Positions 14,184 to 26,430 of a stretch of DNA of 64,000 bases are shown in pieces (positions within the stretch are counted from its first letter, which is position 1; every line of letters starts with the position of its first letter). The position numbers and the translations under genes are program-made. Under the pieces are notes generated by a model. That model was not told the origin of the DNA and made no database searches. It saw only the letters and a list, made by a program, of their open reading frames with translations. This DNA is from Trichoplax sp. H2. Its lineage: Eukaryota. The stretch is taken from NCBI GenBank assembly GCA_003344405.1, contig NOWV01000117.1, forward strand, positions 1-64,000, written 5' to 3'.

Positions 14184-15313
14184 GAAACTAGTCGAATAAA
14201 TAATTAAAATAAATCTCTAGAAAATCCTACAGTAACTGCTACCATGACTAATTCATTGCATTACATAATGATGCCATCTACAACGTGTGCATCCTATATC
14301 CAGTAATATCATTATTCCACCGATAGCAATTAATTAAATGATTTAAAAATATCCACTACAAATACAAGTGTTGTTATTACTTGAAAATTAATATACTATC
14401 CATGTGTATTCTATGAAATATAGCAATATTTGATAGCTTCCTAGCGTTATTACCTGACTTGTTTTCGTTTGGGCGCAGTACTCGTTATACCCAAAATCAA
14501 TGCAACCAATCGGACGCTGTAGTCTGCACGTAAACATACAATTGCAATTGCGAATGCAAATAAGTTTACGATGGTTTATCCAATAACTGCATAATATAGA
14601 AGAAAATGCAGCAATTTTTAAAGCTCTACTGCCGGCAATGGAAGATGGAGCTCGAATGATTTCACAAATTACGATCGCTTGTGATATAGTACTCTAGTAT
14701 ACCGTAGGCTGTCTTTTACAAGTACTGTATGAACACCCCACCTACCAATTCATACCAATGAAGTAAGCTTAAAATCCTACATAATACACCACCCTATTTG
14801 CAATATCAGAATTGATGCTCCTACCTTTCAGTAGTAAATCATCACCGGATACCTAGCAATGGCAAGGAGAAGAAACAAGCTTTGCAGTTCTTGAGCATCA
14901 TTGCCACAAAATTGGCAGAATTACGCGATAGAATTCCTAATTTTAAACTCTTTCCTTGTGTAAGCGTAATTTCCCAATATCGACCAGTTTATTACTGACA
15001 TACGATAGGAAAAAAAGGACAAAGAAGGAATAGGAGTCCTTGTCAATTTGCAGGAATAACTTACAGAAAAAGGAGCTAGAAATCCAACTGTGAAACGCCT
15101 CGATTGTATGCTTCTAAGTATAATTTTTACAAGCTTTGTCTATTAATTATTCGATATTTACAGCTGATTTCTTAAAATAGTAAGATAGCCTTCTTGTCTA
15201 CAGCAAATTCCTAATTAGTTTATCATCGGTTTATCGTCAGTTAAAGGTTTAAAATTGATCGAAATTTCCCCCAAGATACGTAAACAATTCTCAACATCAA
15301 CCAAATCGTCAAT

Positions 15314-16189
15314 ATGGCAAAGGTAGTCTTAATCACTGGCTGTTCGACTGGAATCGGTCTTAAATTAGCGCTTAGACTAGCTCAAAGTCAGAATCCAACT
15401 TATAAAGTCTATGCAACGATGAGAAATCTAGAAAAGCAAAAGCAATTGGTTCAAGAGGCTGGAAGCGCTTTAAATAAAACGCTGCTAATTCGTAAGCTAG
15501 ATGTAGGAAAAAGTGATCAAGTGCAAAGTGTGGTAGAAGAAGCCGTGCAAAACGAGGGCAAAATTGATATTTTAGTTAATAACGCCGGTTTTGGATATGT
15601 TTGTGCTTTCGAAAGTATGCCTATGGATATCGCTCAACAAATGATGGATACTAATTTTTTCGGCTGCATGCGTTGCATGCAAGCTTGTATTCCACATATG
15701 AAAAAACAAAACTGTGGGCATATTATTAATCTTAGCAGTCTAAGTGGCATCTACGGTACACCATTTCATGGTTTATATGCATCAACTAAGTTTGCAATGG
15801 AAGGTTTAAGTGAATCTTTAGCACCGGAATTAAGTTATTTTGGTATTTCCATTAGTTTAATTGAACCAGGCCCGGTTGCTACTACCTTTGTTGATACATG
15901 GATAGATCGTAGAAAAGATTCCAAAGAGAACGAACAGTTAGGCCAACAAACTCAAAAATTGACTGATGGTATCATCGATTTTATGACTAAGCGGCCACCT
16001 GATGTAGTGGAGAATGTCGATCATGTGGTTGATGTCATTATGAAATGCATCAATGATAAACCTCCCTCACTTAGGTATCCAACAACAGAAGTGGTATTAA
16101 AGGCTGCTAAACGTAAATTTATTGATCCAACTGGTGACTCCGTAACTGATTTCACGACTAGTTTTTATCCCATTTTTAAAAAGGACTAA
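15314..16189 (+). CDS. Short-chain dehydrogenase/reductase, RDH8/HSD17B1-like, copy 1 (intronless CDS)
   Basis: 291-aa ORF with TGCSTGIG, VYATMRN, LDV, NNAG, catalytic S and YASTK, IEPGPV. N-terminus resembles the RDH8/17-beta-HSD1 family. Confidence 0.93.
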   Translation: MAKVVLITGCSTGIGLKLALRLAQSQNPTYKVYATMRNLEKQKQLVQEAGSALNKTLLIRKLDVGKSDQVQSVVEEAVQNEGKIDILVNNAGFGYVCAFESMPMDIAQQMMDTNFFGCMRCMQACIPHMKKQNCGHIINLSSLSGIYGTPFHGLYASTKFAMEGLSESLAPELSYFGISISLIEPGPVATTFVDTWIDRRKDSKENEQLGQQTQKLTDGIIDFMTKRPPDVVENVDHVVDVIMKCINDKPPSLRYPTTEVVLKAAKRKFIDPTGDSVTDFTTSFYPIFKKD

Positions 16190-17615
16190 TCCTACTTTAC
16201 GTGACCACATAGCAATGCAAGATATTGATCATTTCATATTAACTCTGGGAATCTTGCAACTTTGATTTCATTTGACGAATACTAATTATTAACTGCAAAT
16301 TCAAGCTGGGTTGAAGTCATATATTGTAACACTTTCTGCCTGCTCGGCTCAAAAACAAGTGATCCATTCCTTTCGATAATACTGTATATCCAACTAAAAT
16401 TACACGAGCATAGAATTAGAAGTGATAAATCCAAGATGGCATCATCAGATTGATATTTCTAGCATAAGCTGGTAGCCTACCGTTGTGATTATCATGTACA
16501 AGATATACTGTATCTTACAAGTTATATAACACTTTCTTAGTACGCATTAATTGATGCCATTTATTTTTTGCTTATACAATATAGTATGAGCTGTCGGTAG
16601 AGAAAATAATTTACTGGTGGTAATGCAATTATTTTAAATTATTTTAACACTTACTTCATCAGTCTAATTTGTTTATCATTTCAGACTTTGATATGAAATA
16701 ATTAACAATATCAACTGTTGAACATTGAATCAATTATATTTGTAAATTACAAATGGTAGAAACGTAAAGTAGAACATATTGCGTATATTCATTTAATTTG
16801 TATACAGTACACCAATTAATTTCAAGTTCTTATTAATGAATCAATTATATTCTAATAATTATAAGAATTTACAATGATGACTAAAATTTGGAGGGATATT
16901 CTAAAAGCACGATATCTCTTACCACTTATCATGTGTATGGTTTAAAATTCTTGAAAAATAATTATATCAATGCTTTTGATATAGTATGATCTTTGTAGGA
17001 GTGGGTACTTTTGATATTATTGACGTGAATTTATGATTGTCCAATATCGCTGACTGTTAACATTTAAATTTAATACTTCAAGGATAACTCTAATTCTATT
17101 CTTGCAAGGTCTTTTACATTTAAACGATCTTTGGTATCCATATTTGGAGCATTTAATACACAATCAACTAATACTGTGCTGATTATGCTACGTGATAATA
17201 TACATAAAGTGTATAGCACGCGCTAAACAAGTAAATGTATTTACTATAAATTTCATTTTATAATCACGTTTTGTGTGTACAGTATATGGTCTTAAGCCTT
17301 ATTAACAAGTATAAAGCCTCAAGTGTACGCTTCTATAAATAAATCTAAATTTATGTGCATAGATTATGTTTGATGTTTTAGCTCATGTAGATCTAGAAGC
17401 ATTTGTTCTAATAAATAGTTCTGTTGATATAGTAGTTTTGTTCGACAATCGCAGACACATCCCATGTTGTGATCATATTAATAATCAGTTACCATGACAC
17501 TATTTTTTAGAGGAAGATAAATAGAAATTCTCATCATTAGTCGTTCAACAGTATATACATATCACAATATTAGTGAAGATGTTTAGTAACATACAGTATA
17601 TATACATGCGAGTAT

Positions 17616-19431
17616 TCAAGTAGTAGAGCAAGGTTCTAGCATTGATAGCATTAGGCAATAAAATAGTCTTGGCGTTACTGTTTCATCAAATGATAGATAT
17701 TTCCATCCAATAAATTGGCCACAACTTGAGCAGATACCATATGACCATGAAAACCTAGAGTATGATTGTTAGCACAGAAATAGCATTGATATTTTAAAAG
17801 CAGAAAGTTAAAAATAGCATTCAATAACACATAGTTCAATACAATCATTAACTAACCCTGGAAACCAAGACTGATGGGTAGCCTCTTCACTACTCCACGA
17901 AGTATTTACGACCTGACTGGTTGTTACAGTTTCATACTGTTGCCCACCAGAATCGACGTAAATTGCTAATGGTCCAACTGATGACATACTAATCAAGATA
18001 AGATAAAGCATAATTAATTTTCATGTTGAAGTTAACGATACTTTCACATGAAATTATCCTACAAGCAAACTATAGTGGTAGGCGAGAGTGAACGTTCTTA
18101 TTTCATCTAATTACTCATTTTACCTAATTACATCGGCATAACGAGTAATGACTGCTTGACATTGTTGACAGCAAAGCTCGCTGTAACGATTTAAGTAACC
18201 AAGTATCGCGCGTAGTCTGTTTATTATATCATCCATGCTAAGTAGATTTAATCTCCATAGAATAGGTACAGGTAACTGGGAAGCCACATTGATAGAGAAT
18301 TGATCACAACCAATATTATTTTGAAATATTTGGTGTGAGTTGTCGAACCAGCCTGAAATTTGTTTCTTGATTTTCTTTCGTAAGGTAGCTGTGTTATGAT
18401 GGATCAAAAGAAGTTTACCAGAATAATCAATATGAATTGCAGTAAGACTACTAGTTAAAAAACTATCGCAGTCTACTATATCAGTGTTAGTTATGATAGT
18501 ACGCTCAAGTTTACTTACTTTTATCATATAATCTATAAACCCATATTGGCCAGCAACTTAAGTTAGGACGAGGTTGGGCAAGTATGGTATTAGCCATAGC
18601 TAAATGATCTAAGGTAAATCAATACGTGTATAAGAAAATCTTTTTTTTTTCATACTACTAACCATTACGCCATGAGTGTTTGGCCATTTTAGCCTGGCAT
18701 TTTAATTCAAACTATGTATTACTGTACTCTACTTTCAAGAACGACATTGTCATAATTTCTCGTATATATTCGCGTATTACACGATGAGATTATTCTATCA
18801 TCTAGACACTATAACCATGGCCAATCAAGCCAAATTCTATTCACTTGCTACTGTAACAAACAAGACGATAACAATTAATGATGATATCAAGGGTAAATGA
18901 AGTACCGTTAGCAGTTGGCTCTTGTGGATCTTGTAGAATCTTGACCTTGCCTGTCGCAAAGAGTTCGCCCTCGACTTGTGAAACTTGAAGTGTGACAAAT
19001 TTCTGGCGCCCAATGAGTAAACCAACTAGACAACGATCTGAGCCAATTTGGAATGATTGGACATCTGCGGTAACACCATAGAGTGATAAAGCATCGACAT
19101 GGCGATCATTTTGTCGATCTAAAATATGATTACATGTAACTAGTCCTATGCTTTGCTCTCCTGATAGAAACTCGTCAATTTCAATGTCAATATTCATAAA
19201 TTCAGCAACACGAAATGGTAGTATTTGTCCAGGAAATAAGGTTATATTATGAAGTGCAAACAACGTAAGCTCTACAACTTGTCCATCTCGATATCGTTGG
19301 CCAGTCGATGAAGTATCATCGCCATCACTATTTAAATACGGCGATAAATAATAGTGCTGACCAGGCAAGCTTTTATCGTACATCTTAGGGTTAGTCGTCT
19401 GTCCAGGATAACCTTCATTCATCCGCTCCAT
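17616..19431 (-). CDS. CRBN: Cereblon-like protein, divergent paralog (LON N-domain + helical bundle + CULT), 5-6 exons
   Basis: YDKSLPGQHYYL, TLFPGQILPF, YGVTADV, GRQKF, NLSCWPIWVYRLYDK, RLNLLSMDDIINRL, LCCQQC, SMSSVGPLAIYVDSGGQQYET, QSWFPG|FSWSYGICSSCGQFIGWKY..PRLFYCL. The start codon is uncertain (first ATG at 19431). Confidence 0.88.
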
Positions 19432-20009
19432 TTCAATTAATCCGGGGTTAATCACAACACGAGTAACTCGATGAAATCATCAATTGTCCACGATGTGAAC
19501 ATACTAAGTCAATCAAAGCCAATTAGCAGGATCTAAGTGAATTCATTCTAAGTCTATAACTTGAATCAATAGTATGAATGGAGATAGAGTTATCCTAGAG
19601 ACAAATTGAAATGATCGAGTAGCAACAACATCGTCGTCCAAATAATCATGGAAAGTAATCAGATCGACATTTAGTATTAAAATACGATCCACCTTCCACG
19701 CCCATGCCGACACACCCAAACAAGGCATAAAATGACTGCTAGAGCCAAGTTCATCCATACTCAATCCACTATCATTACGGACGGTATGCGTATTAACGTA
19801 GGGAGTGTCTACGACTATCAGAAGAAGTCCTGCCTACCGTACGTCCTGGACTAATTACTCGCTTGGGTAATGGACAGACGGATGCTACTGAATACAGTAC
19901 AGTAGAATACTCTTGCTGTAGGGCTTCAAGACCACTCAATCTAGTTGACAGCAACCCTGCAATTAATTGGTAATAAAATAATAACTTTTGAACTTTTAGG
20001 CGTGCAACC

Positions 20010-20876
20010 ATGGTCAAGGTAGTTTTAATCACAGGATGTTCTACTGGAATTGGCTTGGCTTTAGCTGCACGATTAGCCAATAGTCCAGGAGCTGAGTATA
20101 AGGTATATGCAACGATGAGAGATGTTGGCAAACAAGGTCCACTAGTGCAAGCGGCAGAAAATTCCATCAATAAAACTCTTTTAATTAGGAAATTAGATGT
20201 TTGTCAGGCTAATCAAGTAGAAGAAATTATGAAAGAGATATTAGACACGGAAGGCAAAATTGATATTTTAGTCAATAATGCAGCGTTTGGCCTAGTTTGT
20301 GCTTTTGAGAAAATGCCCATGGAAATTGCTCAAAATATGATGGATACCAATTTTTTCGGATGCATGCGCTCCATGCAAGCTTGCATACCTGTCATGAAAA
20401 AGCAAGGCTATGGTCAGATCATTAATGTGAGCAGTTGCTCTGGCATATTTGGTGTCCCATTCTTAGGGTTATACAGTGCTTCTAAGTTTGCGTTAGAAGG
20501 TCTTAGTGAATCCTTAGCTCCGGAATTAAACGCTTTTGGTATTAATATAAGTTTAATCGAGCCTGGACCAGTTAATACACCATTTATTGATACCTGGGTC
20601 AATATTCGACAAAATTTGAATGAGCAAGTCGATCAAAGAACTGGCCAGATGGTAGATACTGTCGCTCAGACTATAATTAATCGGCCAATGGATGCTAGAC
20701 AATCTGCAGATGGAGTAGTTGACGTTATTATGAAATGTATACGTGATGAAAAGCCATTATTGAGATACCCTACTGCGGAGAGTGTGACCAATTTAAATAA
20801 GCGAAAATTAGTTGATCCAACCGGTCAAACCGTTTTGGATGTTACGAGAGGATTTTACCCAATATTCGATCAATAA
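20010..20876 (+). CDS. Short-chain dehydrogenase/reductase, RDH8/HSD17B1-like, copy 2 (intronless CDS)
   Basis: 288-aa ORF with TGCSTGIG, VYATMRD, NNAA, YSASK, IEPGPV. Colinear with copy 1 along its whole length. Confidence 0.93.
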   Translation: MVKVVLITGCSTGIGLALAARLANSPGAEYKVYATMRDVGKQGPLVQAAENSINKTLLIRKLDVCQANQVEEIMKEILDTEGKIDILVNNAAFGLVCAFEKMPMEIAQNMMDTNFFGCMRSMQACIPVMKKQGYGQIINVSSCSGIFGVPFLGLYSASKFALEGLSESLAPELNAFGINISLIEPGPVNTPFIDTWVNIRQNLNEQVDQRTGQMVDTVAQTIINRPMDARQSADGVVDVIMKCIRDEKPLLRYPTAESVTNLNKRKLVDPTGQTVLDVTRGFYPIFDQ

Positions 20877-21205
20877 ATGTATTATAAGCTGTATGAGAGG
20901 ATGATGAAGAAATCTCATTATAGCTTTACTTTAAGTTCATGATTGATGAACTAGCTAGATGTATACGACAAACATAATAATATTATAAACAATATAAAAT
21001 TTCTGCTTATAGCTTCTACTGTGTAACCGTCTCTAAAATAAGTCAAATAAATGATTCTTTCTCTATCTTCAGACAGTTACTGCTAAACATTATGTTGGAC
21101 AACTCATCAAATACACAGTTTTCAATTGTTGCACGGTAGCAATTTGCAATTGATAATCACAGAGTCCCTAACTATATACGTTGCATACTGTATACTCGTA
21201 TGCTA

Positions 21206-21404
21206 CGGCTAAAGCTCGAAATAAGAGAACACAGACTTTCAGTAAGATTACTTGCTACAAAGAAAGGAAACAAGCTTCGTTTAGTTCATTTCAGGTATGC
21301 AATAAAATGATTAAATGTTTTACTTTTTACTTATTAAAAGCACTTACTTAGCCGTGTAAAGCTCGAAATTGGAAGGATTTTACTCTTAATTCGGGCTTTA
21401 GCCG
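21206..21404. mobile_element. Putative MITE-like element with 22-bp terminal inverted repeats
   Basis: cggctaaagctcgaaataagag (21206-21227) matches the reverse complement of ctcttaattcgggctttagccg (21383-21404) at 20/22. GCTA flanks both sides. Confidence 0.45.
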
Positions 21405-21602
21405 GCTATTATGCATAATAACCGGATCGGGTTTTAGCTGTAACATATATACGAAATATATAATATACTCGTATACATTCAGTTATCAATATATCTCAGA
21501 GTAGAGTTTATAAATCTTAAAAAAATTAGGGAAAATTAACAAATTAGAAGATAAATTTACCAAATTTAATAAAATCGATTTTTGAAAGCCTGGCGTTGGT
21601 GC

Positions 21603-21863
21603 AAAGGGAGCTAATAATTTATATATATATATATATATATGTGTAATCATCCTGTAGTTCTACAAAGCATAAACTACTAGATATACCTATCTAGCCCAGT
21701 AATCCATGGTTATAGTTGTCAAAGCTAAGCATTATTGTAAAGGGAGCTAATAATTTATATCTATATGCGTCATCATCCTGTAGTTCTACATAGCATAAAG
21801 TACTAGATATACCTATCTAGCCCAGTAATCCATGGTTATAGTTGTCAAAGCTAAGCATTATTG
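21603..21863. repeat. Recent tandem duplication, 2 x ~130 bp
   Basis: aaagggagctaataattt...gctaagcattattg at 21603-21737 and 21739-21863. The copies differ mainly in an (AT)n tract. Confidence 0.95.
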
Positions 21864-22843
21864 AGGTTTATGCTTGCATACTAAATTTATACAGCAGTTT
21901 TAATTTGCTGTTAATACAAGTCAATCACTAGGCACCAGTTTTCGCCTCTCGCCAATATATTCTGTCAGCTTAGCTATATCGAACTGATTGAAAAATTGGA
22001 TACGCAATCTAATAGACCTGCTAAGCATGGACGGTTGAGCATATACGTCCACAGGCTAGAGAGCATTCAATCAGTCATGGCATAAAGCGTTCTATTCCAT
22101 ATGCATTTAATTCATCTTGTAGACTTAGCATAGGCAGCCAGGAGTATTAATAGCCCTTGGCTAGGTCTTAATTGTAGCTCTGATTCTGAAATACTGCTTG
22201 TATGCATATGCAATTATATCAAGTTAGGTTGCAAGCCTTGATTAAGTTGGAGTCCAACTGTGCAAGCTTGCAGCCAAACCTCTAGCCGACTATAAGCGTT
22301 ACGCAGAAAAGCTTTTTCTATCGCTTATTGAGTACTGAATGGGATGCAGTATACACCATCCAGATCGTGTTGACATTTTGGCCAAACCTACTTTAATGAG
22401 CCAAGCTCCCTATTGCTAGGACCAAGTACTGTCGATCGTATAGGACTGAATGTACTGTATCATACTGTACCGTGGACAGCAAAGTGTCATGAAAGCCTAG
22501 CACAGTTGCCCTATATAATCCAGGAGGTTCTGCGGGTGTTATTAGTTTTTATTATTATTAATTATTTTACTGTTGTGATTTATTGCAATTATGACAGCAG
22601 TAGATGAAGTTTTGAGCTTAAAGATCAAGTTTAGACCATCATTTATCTTCTAATAGTCAGGAAAAATTAACCTGCATGCGCTTATAGTGTGTAGGAAGAT
22701 AGAAATATTATCGAGCTAAGTTACCACTTGAAAGATCAGATGTTTGCATAGGAAGGATAGATTACTAGAAGAAATTGCCTGACGAGGCTTGAACTTTTGA
22801 ACGCTTTGCAATTTATTTCCATACTTTAAAGTCAAGTTAAATT

Positions 22844-25172
22844 ATGGCTGACGAAGAGAACAACCATGATGATATTGAGATCGCTGAACCAAGCACAAGT
22901 GATGAAAGTATTAGCGATGATGAGAGTGATGACGAAGAATTTGATGATGCTGTTGACGATTGGGGTGACATTGATATTGTGGAGGTCGCCGGTGAACACG
23001 ACGATGACGAGCAAGATACTAGCCAGGAATCGCAACAAGACGATGATGACGACAGTAATGATCACAATTTCGATCCCTCTTTACCAGTTCATCATCAATA
23101 TTTAGGCTCTAACTTAGAAGAATTTACTGGAAGGACAGTTTTTGAAGAAGATCAAGTCGTTCAATTACCTATTCTAAGATTACCGTCGCTAGTTTTATTT
23201 CCTGGCGAATTGTTACCTCTTCATTTTTATATGCCTAATCAAGTTAATATGGTCAGAAATCTATTTAGGACAAATAGAACACTAGGTGTCGTCAATTTAA
23301 AGCATAGCAATCAACAATGTCGATATGGAACGACTGCTGAAATTATATCAGTCCATGCAGATGAATTAGAAGGTGGGGTAAGCGTTAAAAGTATTGGTAG
23401 GCAACGTTTTTATATCAAAAGTACAAGACGTCAAAGTGATGGAATACTGCTCGCTAATGTCGAGATTATGAAGGAATCGTCTGTAACCAAGTATCCAGCA
23501 GGTAGCTGATATGAGTAGGATAACCCTATTTCACAATAAGCAGTTTAAATGATCAATATAAAAATCGAATTATTTCTAATAGCAATCTGCGATACAAAAT
23601 CAATCTTATGCCAGAAGAAAGGGTTTAAACAGTCGATGTAAAAATCAAATTATTTCTACTAGTAATGTGGATAGTGTCCTGACTCTAATAATATACTCTA
23701 GCATGATTATTAATGTCATCACTAATACTTTACTAATCCTATTTTAAAATGGAAGAGTTTGAAACTTTGAATAGTCAATGTAATCAAATTATTTCTACTG
23801 ATAGTGTAATAGCTTCAACGATATATTCTTGCATGACTATTGTTATCACCACTAGCATTTCACAAATTTTTACTATACTGCAGTAATAATACTAAGCAAA
23901 GTAATTCATAAAATCCGACATTGTAGGCTTCGTCATCTCGAAACCTGGCTGTCGTAACCGAGCGTTGAGTAAATACAAAAACCTATCACCTCACCCAAGC
24001 TGGCTCTACGAAATGTACAATGAAGGTAAAATATCAACTTTAAAATGGACTTGACGAATGTATGCAATAATATCGGTAAAAATAATTGACAAATTAAGAT
24101 AGAAAAGGCATTAAGTATCTCGTTACAATCAATATAGCTAGATCGGGCTGTATGGCGATATATTGTATTGATATGGAAAGTAATCTTATTCCTATTAACT
24201 AGTTAAAATCCCATTTTGAAAATAGATTGATACTGTACGCCAGCATAAGTATACTAAGGGGAGATATATGTACTTCACAATAAATATATATATATATAAT
24301 CGCAATTTTCAATATAGTGTAGTTGTTAATCTCCCTGCATAAAAGGACTAAGCGTTCTATACCTACAAGGCATTGAATTAACAACCATGTATGTTCTACT
24401 TGCAGATATTCTTATTCAAAGAATTAAGAAAGAGTTGCTGCAATGGAATAATGCTTTTAACCTATCTAATCTACCCGACGAACCGACGCGCTTTTCATAT
24501 AAATTAGCTAATGGACTCCCACTAGATGACAACATTCGGGTCGAATTATTAACATTGAATTGTACCGTGTACAGGCTACAAAAGGAACTGGATTTAATCT
24601 GTCGCTATACTATGTTATCATGCAGTACTTGTCAATCACCAATAACTGATAAAAAGAATATCTTCAGGTTAGCAATGACAACTTATCAATACTCAATTTT
24701 TGAACTCTGATCATCCCACAGTATAATCTATTTCGTAATATAAACAGAATAATTCTTATATTCCTCATAGAACTAATGCAATCATATTCACGACTTCATT
24801 TCTTATTTAGTATGTCCATGAATGGCCCAATGTCGTCCTTTGTTAATCCCGGTGGATACGTACATGATACCTTTACTGTCCGAAAAGTCTCCAATATTGT
24901 CACCATTGGACAAAAGTCACTACAATATAGCTGGTTTCCTGGGTAATCTTTAATTTATTAAATTTAAACCACCGGTAATGCAGTACTACCTTAATATTCC
25001 ATCTCGCTTAAACTATAGGTATGCATGGACAATTGCTCAATGTAGTAGTTGCCATCAACACATGGGTTGGAAATTTACAGCTACCAAACACTCATTAAAT
25101 CCTAAACAATTTTATGGTCTTACTCGTTCTTCTGTTCAACCTGTTATTACACTTGATAGCACTACAGTTTAA
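22844..25172 (+). CDS. CRBN: Cereblon, canonical (CRL4 substrate receptor), ~5 exons
   Basis: Acidic N-terminus, [139 protein letters not shown]. Confidence 0.96.
23638..23870. repeat. Degenerate 2-copy ~140-bp tandem repeat in CRBN intron 1
   Basis: aatcaaattatttctact...gcatga(t/c)tatt...cacta occurs near 23643 and 23783. Confidence 0.7.
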
Positions 25173-25706
25173 ATGACTGAGCCAGTATTCTAAAGACTTT
25201 GGCAATGGTCTAATTTTAAAGTATTAAATGCATATATCACTACGAACTTATCCTTAACTTTACCAACAGAGTTATCAATAAGATGGTTTCATATTAATAC
25301 TTTCTCCTATACATCTTCTGATACTTGCTTTAACTTAAAATTAAAAATTCTATACAGGAAATTTATTAACACAATTTTGGTCTTAATATTTATTAGTGTA
25401 TTTTTTTACTGTGCTACTGTATTTATAAGAGCAAATTAATAAACTATTAAATTTTGAAGCTGTATTGTAGCTGTTTAGAAATTAACGTTAAAAGTATCAT
25501 GAAACTAGACATATTGTGTAATATATGATTTAAGAGTATATAACTGGAAGCTTATTTATAAACATATAACAAATATATTGTTGCAGTCTACCAGAAGGCA
25601 TCGTTTACTGTCTCTATTTGTCCTTTAAAAACTAAATTTTATAACTTTAGCCAAATAAACTCTTTTGTGCGTATCGCATTACTTAATTTATTCACTTTGA
25701 TGCTTG

Positions 25707-26430
25707 TCAAACTAGCAGATATCTCAAAGTTTTGAGTAGCTTAACTTCATCTAATAGTGACCAATCTGCTGCTATGGCCTCTAAGAATTGAGGTAAGCTA
25801 ATAATAATGCCAGTATTTCCTTCTGGTATATTATATTGATGCATAAGGAATATTGTATTATCTTTGATTCCAACGTATATATCAATAATCTTGTGTTCAG
25901 TCTAATCTAAAAGCCATTACCTCCTAAGTTAGTTCGTAGGATAAATACACCAGTATTTTTCTATATGGCACTTGCTTAGAATTTGTGATATAATACACTT
26001 ATTTACATTCGCGTATCTAATGCTTAGGTGTTTTCTTATTTAATTTTTTTCTTACACATAGCATCATCATCAAATCCAATTTACAAACTGTCACGGTACG
26101 AACTACCGTGAAGAAATAGCCATCTAAATTTGGTTAATATAATATAGTGATAATATATTACAACTAGTTACTTACAGTAGGAATTACTCTAATTATAAAT
26201 GTGCTACAGTAAATTTAATGCTGTGCTGCAATGTGCTCTGAAATGATTCTGTAAATGGACATATTGTAGTCCGACTGTGAAAAATTAGTTAGTAGATGTT
26301 CTCACCTAAGTATTTTTATATGATGACTCATGAATGTTAGCTACTGTAGAAGGGTATATAAGCCCGTCAGATAGTTGAATGAAGGAGTTCTCAATTGTAT
26401 AGTTGTTTTAACGCAGAATCAAAGGCGTCT
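25707..26430 (-). pseudogene. Possible small spliced gene or decayed gene of unknown family
   Basis: Regularly spaced minus-strand donors (gtaatg 25920, gtaaga 26055, gtaagt 26175, gtgaga ~26305). Three exons join in one open frame ending ...GNTGIIISLPQFLEAIAADWSLLDEVKLLKTLRYLLV*. Upstream segments contain stops and two introns are unusually short. Confidence 0.3.

Noticed and set aside
14480-15110. Protein-like fragments (ENAAIFKALLPAMEDG, KQALQFLSIIATKLAELRDRIPNFKLFP) between OGG1 and SDR1
   Set aside because: Stops and inconsistent splice phases, no recognised homology. A pseudogene relic cannot be excluded without a tBLASTx search.
19793-20170. 125-aa minus-strand ORF, and similar antisense ORFs over CACNB, ESF1, OGG1 and CRBN
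   Set aside because: Shadow ORFs of real coding exons on the other strand or frame.
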